A stretch of 64,000 nucleotides of DNA, taken from the NCBI GenBank assembly GCA_002395775.1, contig DGUV01000075.1, forward strand, positions 30,677-94,676, given 5' to 3'. A model generated the notes under the pieces. It did not search any database. It worked only from the letters and a program-made list of their open reading frames with translations, and was not told the origin of the DNA. Positions 1-7,739 of this stretch are shown here, in pieces (position 1 is the first letter of the stretch; each line of letters begins with the position of its first letter). Both the position numbers and the translations under genes were made by a program. Source of the DNA: Prevotellaceae bacterium UBA4301 (GTDB lineage Bacteria > Bacteroidota > Bacteroidia > Bacteroidales > Bacteroidaceae).

Positions 1-14
1 GTGGCTGTCGTTTT

Positions 15-2024
15 TTACAGGCTTACTTCCAACATCGTGAAGGAATAGGGGGCGAGGTCCAGGCTTATGCGTTTCTTCATGCGGATGGTCTCTTTCTGGG
101 GGGCGATGGGCTGCTGGTCGAAGTTGTTCTCTTGGTCGGGCTGACCCGATAGGGTGGTCTTCGTGGCCGTGGCCTTCATGCCCTTGAAGCGGCTGAGGTC
201 GATTTCTGCCTTGCGGGCTTCGCCGGTGGCATTGCAGAGTTTCACGAAGAGGCGGCGCGTCTTCGCGTTCAGCACCACGCTCTGTCCCACACGCTCTGTG
301 CCCTCTGCCTTCTCTGTGCCCTCTGCGAATTTCACGCAGTCGCCATAGTAATACTGACCGGCGGACTGCCCGAACATCTGCTGCACATAGTAGCTGCAGG
401 TGAGGTAGGGACGTTCGTTGTCGAAGTAGATGAGGTCGGGGTTCCAGTTGGTGGCTCCCTTACGGGCAAAGAGGGGTGCATAGCTGGTCATGCACACCAC
501 GTCGCCATTGCGCTCCACGTGCAACAGGTAGAGCCCCTCGGCCAGGGCGTCGATGAGTTTCTTGTCCTTGGCGGCATACTCGCCCAGATAGACCTTGGTC
601 TTGCGGTCGCGGGGATACTGGTCATACTGCCTGCTCGTGAGGAAGTAGCGGTTGGGTTCGTAGTAGTGTTCGTCCAGGATGGGCAGTCCTATCTCCTCGG
701 CCAGTTTCCATCCGGCCTCAAAATCGCCGTTGCCGGGATGCGAACCTGGTCCGGCCGTGCCCACGATGACGATTTCGGGATGGGCCTTCGTCACGCGTTC
801 ATAGATGTACTTGAAACGTTCGATGAATTCGGGTGATATGCGTTCTTCGTTACCCAGGCCCAGATACTTGAGGCCGAAGGGGGCGGGATGGCCTTGTTCG
901 GCACGCAACCGAGCCCATTTGGAGGTAGCAGGGTCGCCGTTGGCCCACTCAATGAGGTCCAGGGCTTCGCTCACCCACTCGTCCATCTCCGACATGGGCA
1001 CTGCATCCTGCGCCTGACCTCTCATGCCCCAGCCGCCGTTCGTTCCCTGACACGACACGCCGCAGGGCAGAATGGGCAGGGCGTCCATGCCCAGGTCCTC
1101 GCACAACTGGAAGTATTCATAGTAGCCAAGTCCCATCGACTGGTGGTAGCCCCAGGTGTTCTTCAGGCTCTTGCGCTGCTCCTTGGGACCGATGGTCTGC
1201 TTCCAGCGATAGGTGTTCCACATGCCGTCGCCGCCGCCGTGCACCACGCATCCGCCGGGGAAGCGCATAAACTTCGGGTGCAGGTCGGCCAGGGCCTCCA
1301 CCAGGTCCTTGCGCAGTCCGTGTCCCTTGTAGGTGTCCTCGGGCATCAGGGAGAGGTGGTCGATGTCCAAGGCGCCCTTCGTGAGCACGAGCACCTGCAG
1401 CGAGGCATTGGCGGCGTCCTCCGAGGGGGTGAGCTGGGCTTCGCACTTCTGCCAGTCGGCATTGCGGGCTTCCAGGGTGGCCTCTGCCAACAGTTTGGGC
1501 GATTTACCCCAGCCTTGCGGCACCACCAGGGCCACGCGCACCTGCTTGGCTTCGCCTTCCACGTTGCGCAGGAAGCAGGAGAAGTCGTACTTGGCCCCGG
1601 CCTTCACCGAGATGCCGTCGAATCCGCGGTTCTCAAGTCCCACGCCTGTCCAGCCGTCGTAGTCATAATAGTGTCCCACGCGCTCCACGTGCAGGCGCAT
1701 GTAGGTGGGATTGTTGACGTGCAGGGGCTGGTCCATGCGGGGTTCCATGCGACCCAGCGAGTGCCCGGGGCGCAGGAAGTGCCAGGCCGTGGCCGGGCCC
1801 CAGCCGTCGCGCTCCGTGGGGTTGAACTCAAAGGAGCCGTTCTGCAGCAGCTCGGCATAGAGGCCGCCGTCGGCCGCAGAGGAGATGTCCTCAAAGAAGA
1901 TGCCGATGAGTTGGTCACTGATGGGTTTGCCCCCCTTGGGGCCGGTCATGGGTTTCTGGGCTTCCGTGCCCACGATTGCTGCCACAAACAGGGCAGCCAA
2001 CAGGGTTATTCGCTTCATAAACAT
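15..2024 (-). CDS. GH51-type alpha-L-arabinofuranosidase, secreted
   Basis: 669 aa ORF with an N-terminal signal peptide (MKRITLLAALFVAAIVG). It carries LYAELLQNGSFEF, RFPGGC..., and LGLGNEE (GNE acid/base motif), as in Bacteroidota GH51 enzymes. Confidence 0.8.
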   Translation of the reverse strand: MFMKRITLLAALFVAAIVGTEAQKPMTGPKGGKPISDQLIGIFFEDISSAADGGLYAELLQNGSFEFNPTERDGWGPATAWHFLRPGHSLGRMEPRMDQPLHVNNPTYMRLHVERVGHYYDYDGWTGVGLENRGFDGISVKAGAKYDFSCFLRNVEGEAKQVRVALVVPQGWGKSPKLLAEATLEARNADWQKCEAQLTPSEDAANASLQVLVLTKGALDIDHLSLMPEDTYKGHGLRKDLVEALADLHPKFMRFPGGCVVHGGGDGMWNTYRWKQTIGPKEQRKSLKNTWGYHQSMGLGYYEYFQLCEDLGMDALPILPCGVSCQGTNGGWGMRGQAQDAVPMSEMDEWVSEALDLIEWANGDPATSKWARLRAEQGHPAPFGLKYLGLGNEERISPEFIERFKYIYERVTKAHPEIVIVGTAGPGSHPGNGDFEAGWKLAEEIGLPILDEHYYEPNRYFLTSRQYDQYPRDRKTKVYLGEYAAKDKKLIDALAEGLYLLHVERNGDVVCMTSYAPLFARKGATNWNPDLIYFDNERPYLTCSYYVQQMFGQSAGQYYYGDCVKFAEGTEKAEGTERVGQSVVLNAKTRRLFVKLCNATGEARKAEIDLSRFKGMKATATKTTLSGQPDQENNFDQQPIAPQKETIRMKKRISLDLAPYSFTMLEVSL
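279..333. repeat. GGCACAGAG-type (GTE) short tandem repeat inside the GH51 ORF
   Basis: The reverse complement reads gcagagggcacagagaaggcagagggcacagag and encodes AEGTEKAEGTE. It is near-identical to 29032..29070 in an unrelated gene. Confidence 0.7.
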
Positions 2025-2048
2025 GGGTTTAAGATTGTCTTGCGCCTA

Positions 2049-2056
2049 CAAATATA
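2049..2056 (-). promoter_or_regulatory. Bacteroidota -7 promoter box (TATATTTG) for the GH51 gene
   Basis: The reverse complement of caaatata matches TAnnTTTG. It lies about 25 nt upstream of the ATG at 2024. Confidence 0.5.
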
Positions 2057-2120
2057 CGCAAAATCTTAAATTGTAACAACTTTGTAACAGGTTTTATTTG
2101 CCTGCCTGACAAGCTATCTC

Positions 2121-2128
2121 TACCTTTG
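2121..2128 (+). promoter_or_regulatory. -7 promoter box TACCTTTG
   Basis: TAnnTTTG match 29 nt upstream of the ATG at 2157. Confidence 0.55.
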
Positions 2129-2156
2129 CACCACTAAATTTAACGCACTCAAGCAA

Positions 2157-2861
2157 ATGGAAAAGAAGAAACAATCGGCAAGGATTCAGACCTCAGTGCT
2201 GAATCCCTATGAGAAAAAGCTCTTGTGTGCCATTGCACACAGGCTGCCCGCCTTCACCACCAGCGACCAACTGACGGGCCTCGGAGTCTTCGGCGCTATG
2301 CTCGTCACGCTGGGCTATGCGCTCACCTATCTGGGACCGGGATGGCTGTGGCTGGCCAATCTGGGCTTCTTTGTCAACTGGTTTGGCGATTCGCTCGACG
2401 GCACGCTGGCTCGCGAGCGCAATCAGCAGCGCCCCATCTATGGGTTCTACATCGACCACAATCTCGACTCCGTCTGCGCCTGCCTCATGGTCTTGGGTGC
2501 AGGTCTGTCGGCCTATATGAGCATGTGGTCGGCCCTGCTCATCATTGTCCCCTACCTGATGCTCGACGTGTTCGTGATGATCAATGCCCATCTCCGCAAC
2601 GAGTTCCAACTGACCTTTGCCAAACTGGGGCCCACCGAGCTGCGCCTCATCATCGTCCTGGTCAATGCGGTGTTCTTCTTCATTCCCGCCCTCCGCGAGT
2701 GGACTTGCACCTTCTCCTTCCTCGGACAAGAACAGTCGCTGACGGCACTCGACATTGCCGGACTCATCATCAGCCTGGGGCTCTTCGTCATCTATCTCTA
2801 CAGCATCTGGCGCGATGCCAAGTACTACGGCCGCATCGACCCGTTGGTGAAGAAAGGGTAA
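2157..2861 (+). CDS. CDP-alcohol phosphatidyltransferase family membrane protein
   Basis: 234 aa multi-pass hydrophobic ORF containing the DSLDGTLAR segment of the D(x)2DG(x)2AR...D signature. Confidence 0.75.
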   Translation: MEKKKQSARIQTSVLNPYEKKLLCAIAHRLPAFTTSDQLTGLGVFGAMLVTLGYALTYLGPGWLWLANLGFFVNWFGDSLDGTLARERNQQRPIYGFYIDHNLDSVCACLMVLGAGLSAYMSMWSALLIIVPYLMLDVFVMINAHLRNEFQLTFAKLGPTELRLIIVLVNAVFFFIPALREWTCTFSFLGQEQSLTALDIAGLIISLGLFVIYLYSIWRDAKYYGRIDPLVKKG

Positions 2862-2896
2862 AGCGCCCTCGCCCCATGCCCCTGAATTATCGGAAA

Positions 2897-2923
2897 GGGA
2901 ACCGACTTTCGGTTCCCTTTTCT
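2897..2923 (+). terminator. Rho-independent terminator
   Basis: Stem GGGAACCGA, loop ctt, stem TCGGTTCCC, followed by TTTTCTT. Confidence 0.7.
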
Positions 2924-2945
2924 TGTGGATGTCGGGAAAGTTATG

Positions 2946-2953
2946 TATCTTTG
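2946..2953 (+). promoter_or_regulatory. -7 promoter box TATCTTTG for radA
   Basis: TAnnTTTG match 20 nt upstream of the ATG at 2973. Confidence 0.55.
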
Positions 2954-2972
2954 ACCTCATAATCGCACAACT

Positions 2973-4409
2973 ATGGCTAAGGACAAAGTGATGTACGTCT
3001 GCTCGGAATGTGGACAGGAAGCAACGAAGTGGGTGGGCAAGTGCCCGGCCTGCGGACAGTGGAACACCATGAAGGAATTCAAAGTCGGTCCCTCTCCCCG
3101 CTCCTCTCGCGGGGGAGAGAGCCTCGCCCTACACTTGCAGGGCAGGGAGCGTCCACAGTTGTTACAGGACATTCGGGCCGACCAGGAAGTGCGCATCGAC
3201 ATGGGCGACCAAGAGCTCAACCGTGTCCTGGGCGGTGGACTGGTGCAGGGCAGCCTCGTCCTGCTTGGCGGCGAACCGGGCATCGGCAAGAGCACACTCA
3301 TCCTGCAAACCGTCCTCCGCCTTCGTGGCAAGAAGGTGCTCTACATCAGCGGGGAAGAAAGCGCCCGCCAAATCAAACTTCGCGCCGACCGTCTCTCTCC
3401 CTCACGGGGGGAGCAGGGAGAGGGGCTTCTCATCCTATGCGAAACCTCTCTCGAGGCCATCTACGAACACATCCAGGAGGAACAGCCCGACCTGGTGGTC
3501 ATCGACTCCATTCAGACCATCTCCACCGATTCCGTAGAATCCTCCCCGGGTAGCCTCAGCCAAATACGCGAATGCGCCGCCTCCTTGTTGAAGTTTGTCA
3601 AATCGTCAGGACAAGCCCTCCCCCCCACGGGCGAAGCGGGAAGAGGGACCGGACCAAGCTGTTCCATCATCCTCATCGGCCACATCACCAAGGAGGGCAC
3701 GCTGGCCGGGCCCAAGGTGCTGGAGCACATCGTCGATTGCGTCCTCCAGTTCGAGGGCGACCAGCACTACATGTACCGCATCCTGCGCAGTCAGAAGAAC
3801 CGCTTCGGCAGCACCTCCGAACTGGGCATCTATGAAATGTTGCAAGGCGGCCTGCGCCAAGTTTCCAACCCCAGCGAGCTCCTTCTCACCGAAGGCCGGG
3901 AGGGACTGAGCGGCATCGCCATCTGTTCGGCCATCGAGGGCGTGCGTCCGCTCCTCATCGAGACTCAGGCGCTGGTCTCCACCGCAGCCTACGGCACTCC
4001 GCAGCGCTCCGCCACGGGTTTCGACACGCGTCGCTTGGCCATGCTTCTGGCCGTACTGGAGAAGCGCGTGGGCTTCAAACTGGCGCAGAAGGATGTCTTC
4101 CTCAACATCGCCGGCGGACTGCGCGTCACCGACCCTGCCATGGACCTCAGCGTCATCGCGGCCGTCCTTTCCAGCAATGTGGACGCGGCCATCGAAGCCG
4201 ACACCTGCATGTGTGGCGAAGTGGGTCTCTCGGGTGAGATTCGTCCCGTGGCCCGCCTCGAACAGCGCATTGCCGAAGCCGAGAAACTGGGCTTCCGCCG
4301 CATGCTCGTCCCGGCACAAAGCTTCAAGGGCATCAATCAGGACCGACTCAACATAGAGATTGTTCCCGTCCGCCGCGTCGCCGAGGCCGTAAGGGCACTC
4401 TTCGGATAA
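2973..4409 (+). CDS. radA: DNA repair protein RadA
   Basis: It has an N-terminal zinc ribbon (CSECGQEATKWVGKCPACGQWNT), a Walker A motif (GGEPGIGKST), the KNRFG motif, and a Lon-like C-terminal domain. Confidence 0.95.
   Translation: MAKDKVMYVCSECGQEATKWVGKCPACGQWNTMKEFKVGPSPRSSRGGESLALHLQGRERPQLLQDIRADQEVRIDMGDQELNRVLGGGLVQGSLVLLGGEPGIGKSTLILQTVLRLRGKKVLYISGEESARQIKLRADRLSPSRGEQGEGLLILCETSLEAIYEHIQEEQPDLVVIDSIQTISTDSVESSPGSLSQIRECAASLLKFVKSSGQALPPTGEAGRGTGPSCSIILIGHITKEGTLAGPKVLEHIVDCVLQFEGDQHYMYRILRSQKNRFGSTSELGIYEMLQGGLRQVSNPSELLLTEGREGLSGIAICSAIEGVRPLLIETQALVSTAAYGTPQRSATGFDTRRLAMLLAVLEKRVGFKLAQKDVFLNIAGGLRVTDPAMDLSVIAAVLSSNVDAAIEADTCMCGEVGLSGEIRPVARLEQRIAEAEKLGFRRMLVPAQSFKGINQDRLNIEIVPVRRVAEAVRALFG
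3088..3150. repeat. Family A GC-rich palindromic arm(s), in-frame in radA
   Basis: cctctccccgctcctctcgcgggggagagag plus gccctacacttgcagggc. Encodes GPSPRSSRGGESLALHLQGRE in the linker after the zinc finger. Confidence 0.7.
3393..3427. repeat. Family A arm, in-frame in radA
   Basis: ctctctccctcacggggggagcagggagaggggct. Its reverse complement nearly equals the mnmA left arm. Encodes SPSRGEQGEG. Confidence 0.75.
3614..3650. repeat. Family A arm, in-frame in the radA ATPase domain
   Basis: agccctcccccccacgggcgaagcgggaagagggacc encodes ALPPTGEAGRGTG. Compare the mnmA right arm, which encodes [11 protein letters not shown]. Confidence 0.8.
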
Positions 4410-4453
4410 GTCAAATTTCCGGGTAAAGGTTTGGTGCATTTCCAAAATATGTT

Positions 4454-4461
4454 TATCTTTG
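4454..4461 (+). promoter_or_regulatory. -7 promoter box TATCTTTG
   Basis: TAnnTTTG match 31 nt upstream of the small ORF that starts at 4492. Confidence 0.5.
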
Positions 4462-4491
4462 TCCCATAATATAATATAAAGAAGAGAGAAT

Positions 4492-4668
4492 ATGCCTGCT
4501 ATTGGAGACCGCATGAGGGTTAGTCCTCAGCTTACTGCACAACCCGACTGGATAGACGGTGAAGTCATCGATGTCGAACAGAACCCCTTCTTGGGACTGG
4601 TCATATCCATTAAGGACAAACTTGGTCGCATCTTCTTTGGCCAAAGTCGATATTTCGTAGCCCTCTAA
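4492..4668 (+). CDS. Small hypothetical protein (58 aa) immediately upstream of vapD
   Basis: ATG..TAA ORF read by hand (MPAIGDRMRVSPQLTAQPDWIDGEVIDVEQNPFLGLVISIKDKLGRIFFGQSRYFVAL). Its stop lies 3 nt before the vapD ATG. It is absent from the supplied ORF list, which contains no ORF shorter than 60 aa. Confidence 0.45.
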   Translation: MPAIGDRMRVSPQLTAQPDWIDGEVIDVEQNPFLGLVISIKDKLGRIFFGQSRYFVAL

Positions 4669-4671
4669 GTC

Positions 4672-4953
4672 ATGTTTGCCATTGCGTTTGACATGGACAT
4701 CAAGGAACTCCGTAGCACCTATGGAGAGCCATATAATAACGCCTATTACGAAATCAAGATAATCCTGCGCAATTATGACTTCTATAATGCACAGGGCAGT
4801 GTCTATCTCACAGACAAAGACGATATGGCCAATCTCTTCGCTGCTATTCTTGCACTGAAGAACACACCATGGTTCAAAGCCGCCGTCCGTGACATCCGCG
4901 CCTTCAAGGTTGAAAACTGGTCGGATTTCACAAATCTTGTGAAGGACATCTGA
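4672..4953 (+). CDS. vapD: Virulence-associated protein D (VapD, Cas2-superfamily endoribonuclease)
   Basis: 93 aa with MFAIAFDMD...GSVYLT...DMANLF...VRDIRAFKVENWSDFT, matching the VapD family signature as I remember it. It sits in an AT-rich islet. Confidence 0.8.
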   Translation: MFAIAFDMDIKELRSTYGEPYNNAYYEIKIILRNYDFYNAQGSVYLTDKDDMANLFAAILALKNTPWFKAAVRDIRAFKVENWSDFTNLVKDI

Positions 4954-4973
4954 CCATCCGATTTCGTAGCAAC

Positions 4974-6629
4974 ATGACACGAGACCTACAACTGCGCATC
5001 ACGCCACGCGATGCCTACAACGAACAATCCATACGCCGATATGTGGCACGCGAACAGGGATGGGACGAACGCACCATCACCTGCGTACGCACACTGCGCC
5101 GGAGCATCGATGCCCGTCAGCGCGACATCTATGTCAACCTCTCCGTGCGCGTCTTCATCAACGAACAACCGCCCCAGGACGAGTTCCAGCCCGTGGAATA
5201 CCACGACGTGAGCGACCGCCCGCAGGTCATCGTCGTCGGTGCCGGACCGGGGGGACTCTTTGCTGCCCTCCGGCTCATCGAACTGGGCCTGCGCCCCATC
5301 GTGGTGGAGCGTGGAAAGAACGTGCGCGACCGCAAGAAGGACCTGGCCCGCATCCGACCCGAACAGCGCATCGACCCCGAGAGCAACTACTCCTTTGGCG
5401 AGGGCGGCGCAGGCGCATACTCCGACGGCAAACTCTACACCCGCAGCAAGAAGCGCGGCAACGGAGAAAAGATTCTCCGCGTCTTCTGTCAGCATGGCGC
5501 CAGCCCCAGCATTCTCTCCGATGCCCATCCCCACATCGGTACAGATAAACTGCCCCGCGTCATCGAGAACATGCGCGAAACCATCCTCCGCCATGGTGGC
5601 GAGGTGCACTTCGAGACGCGCATGAGCGCGCTTCTAATTCAAAATTCAACGCTCGGCCCAAAGGGACGCTTGCAGAGCGAAGCGGGGCAAGAATTCAAAA
5701 TTCAGCATGGGTCTGCACCTTATGTCGAAGGCATTGCCTGTGCCGACGGACGGGAGTTCCATGGCCCAGTCATCCTGGCCACGGGCCATTCCGCCCGCGA
5801 TGTCTATCGGTGGCTCTACGACAATGGCATAGAACTCGAAGCCAAGGGCCTGGCCGTGGGCGTCCGCCTCGAACATCCTGCCGAACTCATCGACCAGATA
5901 CAATACCATAATAAGCACGGACGCGGCAACTACCTGCCCGCTGCCGAGTACAGCCTGGTGCAACAGGTGGACGGACGTGGGGTCTATAGCTTCTGCATGT
6001 GTCCGGGTGGTTTCGTGGTTCCTGCCGCCAGCGGCCCCGAACAGATTGTGGTCAACGGCATGAGCCCCTCCAACCGCAACGGCCGATGGAGCAACAGCGG
6101 CATGGTGGTGGAACTGCGCCCCGAGGACGTAAAACAAATTCAAGATGAGGGAGAAGGCGACGTCCTAAAGATGATGCATTATCAAGAGGAACTGGAGCGC
6201 ACATGTTGGCAGCAAGGCAACATGCGCCAGACGGCACCCGCCCAGCGCATGGCCGACTTCGTCAACAACCGCCTCAGCTACGACCTCCCCGCATCGTCCT
6301 ATGCCCCCGGCCTCATCAGCAGCCCCCTCCACTTCTGGATGCCCGAACCCATTCGCCATCGACTGCAGCAGGCCTTCCAGACGTGGGGCCGACAGAAGCA
6401 CGGTTTCCTCACCAACGAGGCCACCGTCATCGGCGTGGAGACGCGCACCAGCAGTCCCGTACGCATCGTGCGCAATCCCGACGACCTCCAGCACATCCGT
6501 CTCCGCGGCCTCTTCCCCTGTGGCGAAGGCGCCGGCTACGCAGGCGGCATCGTCAGTGCCGGCGTCGATGGTGAGCGCTGCGCCGAAGCGGCATTGCAGT
6601 ACTTGGAGGAGGTAAGAGGTAGGAGGTAG
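4974..6629 (+). CDS. FAD-dependent oxidoreductase (COG2509-like)
   Basis: 551 aa with the dinucleotide-binding motif VVGAGPGGLFAAL, ATGHSARD, and a C-terminal GEGAGYAGGI. Confidence 0.75.
   Translation: MTRDLQLRITPRDAYNEQSIRRYVAREQGWDERTITCVRTLRRSIDARQRDIYVNLSVRVFINEQPPQDEFQPVEYHDVSDRPQVIVVGAGPGGLFAALRLIELGLRPIVVERGKNVRDRKKDLARIRPEQRIDPESNYSFGEGGAGAYSDGKLYTRSKKRGNGEKILRVFCQHGASPSILSDAHPHIGTDKLPRVIENMRETILRHGGEVHFETRMSALLIQNSTLGPKGRLQSEAGQEFKIQHGSAPYVEGIACADGREFHGPVILATGHSARDVYRWLYDNGIELEAKGLAVGVRLEHPAELIDQIQYHNKHGRGNYLPAAEYSLVQQVDGRGVYSFCMCPGGFVVPAASGPEQIVVNGMSPSNRNGRWSNSGMVVELRPEDVKQIQDEGEGDVLKMMHYQEELERTCWQQGNMRQTAPAQRMADFVNNRLSYDLPASSYAPGLISSPLHFWMPEPIRHRLQQAFQTWGRQKHGFLTNEATVIGVETRTSSPVRIVRNPDDLQHIRLRGLFPCGEGAGYAGGIVSAGVDGERCAEAALQYLEEVRGRR
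5636..5704. repeat. Family C element, in-frame in the oxidoreductase gene
   Basis: acgctcggcccaaagggacgcttgcagagcgaagcgggg is bracketed by two copies of aattcaaaattca. It is homologous to the reverse complement of 46077..46120. Confidence 0.7.
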
Positions 6630-6635
6630 GAGATT

Positions 6636-7721
6636 ATGGACAAAGACACTTACGAGAAGCAACGGGCATTTGCCGGCGAGAAGAAGCCTTCCATGAAGCG
6701 ACGCTGCGTGGGCCACGACTACACCGAGCGCCAAATGTACATGGTCACCATGACCGTCGAAGGCCGTCGCCCGCTGCTCGGCACGCTCGTAGGCAACAAC
6801 GAAACCGATGCCCAAGTCGAACTCACAGAACTCGGGAGGGCGGTGGAAGAAGAATGGTGGGCATGTACGCAACATCATCCAGAGATAGAAGTTATTGCCT
6901 TGCAAATCATGCCAGACCACATACATGGGATTTTATTTGTAAGGGAAAAAATGGAGAAGCCCTTAGGCATGGCTCTTCGAGGATTCAAACAAAGCTGTAA
7001 CAAGCACTTCCGCAGCATCATTCTAAAAAAAGAGGTCCCGTCTGTTGCGTCTGTTGCGCCAGTCCCGTCTGTTGCGTTGCCAACGCAACCTACAATACCC
7101 CAAACGCAACCAACAACACCCCAAACGCAACCAACAACCCCCCAGCGCCCAGCCTACGACCGCAACCACGGCCTCCTCTTTGCCCCCGGCTACAACGACA
7201 AGCTCCTCCTGCGCGCCGGCCAACTGGAAGTATGGAAAGCCTACCTGCGCGACAACCCACGGCGCCTTTTTGTCAAGCGCCAGCATCCCGAATTATTCCG
7301 CGTGCGCTTCGACCTCACCATCGGCAGCCAGACCTACTCGGCCCTGGGCAACCACTTCCTGCTCAGCCACCCCCTGCGCATAGCAGTGCAATGTTCGCGC
7401 CGCATGACCGAGACCCAGATAGAGCAACGGGTGGAGCAGGCCCTCGAAGCAGCCCGCCAAGGGGCAGTACACGTCTCCCCCGCCATTTCGCCCGGTGAGA
7501 AAGCCGTCATGCGCGCCCTCCTCAATGCCCACCGCCCCATCATCTTCATCGAGGAAAACGGCCTCACGCCCTACACCAAACCCGGAGGTGAGCTCTTCGA
7601 AGCCTGCAACCGAGGCCAACTGCTCATCCTCGCCCCATGGGAGCACCACAACGAGCGCATACTGATAACGCGAGACAAATGCCTCGCGCTAAACCAAATG
7701 GCAGCAGAAATCTGTAAGTAA
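6636..7721 (+). CDS. REP-associated tyrosine transposase (RAYT)/IS200-like Y1 HUH domain protein with a C-terminal extension
   Basis: GHDYTERQMYMVTMTVEGRRPLLG...IMPDHIHGILFV (HUH motif) ...GYNDKLL...AYLRDNPRR (Tyr motif region). It also has a proline-rich repeat insert and about 150 extra C-terminal residues. Confidence 0.7.
   Translation: MDKDTYEKQRAFAGEKKPSMKRRCVGHDYTERQMYMVTMTVEGRRPLLGTLVGNNETDAQVELTELGRAVEEEWWACTQHHPEIEVIALQIMPDHIHGILFVREKMEKPLGMALRGFKQSCNKHFRSIILKKEVPSVASVAPVPSVALPTQPTIPQTQPTTPQTQPTTPQRPAYDRNHGLLFAPGYNDKLLLRAGQLEVWKAYLRDNPRRLFVKRQHPELFRVRFDLTIGSQTYSALGNHFLLSHPLRIAVQCSRRMTETQIEQRVEQALEAARQGAVHVSPAISPGEKAVMRALLNAHRPIIFIEENGLTPYTKPGGELFEACNRGQLLILAPWEHHNERILITRDKCLALNQMAAEICK
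7035..7141. repeat. Palindromic tandem-repeat insert inside the RAYT-like ORF
   Basis: gtcccgtctgttgcg occurs twice. The central perfect palindrome is gttgcgttg-c-caacgcaac. ccccaaacgcaaccaacaaca then occurs twice. The region encodes PSVASVAPVPSVALPTQPTIPQTQPTTPQTQPTTPQ. Confidence 0.85.
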
Positions 7722-7739
7722 CCAACCCCTTACGGGCAA

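Noticed and set aside
888-2069. Long antisense or overlapping ORFs. Examples: 888..2069, 12181..13380, 20225..20983, 21501..22349, 22322..24325, 26021..27217, 27097..28314, 34967..36253, 42554..43642, 43818..44966, 48769..49803.
   Set aside because: Each lies opposite or out of frame to a gene with clear family motifs. They have Ala/Gly/Arg/Val-rich low-information translations typical of shadow ORFs in GC-rich coding DNA, and none has a recognisable motif.
2862-2886. gcgccctcgccccatgcccct after the phosphatidyltransferase gene as a truncated family A arm.
   Set aside because: It matches only about 20 nt and has no palindromic half. That is too weak to call.
4453-4980. 175-aa minus-strand ORF covering the VapD islet.
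   Set aside because: It overlaps the well-supported plus-strand vapD ORF and the small upstream ORF. It has no motifs, and the promoter box and gene spacing fit the plus strand.
5636-5704. Interpreting the two aattcaaaattca copies as a simple 13-bp target-site duplication around a 43-bp insert.
   Set aside because: Removing 56 bp would shift the frame and destroy the conserved downstream GIACADG...ATGHSARD sequence. The true insert boundaries must therefore differ, and the 13-mers may belong to the element.
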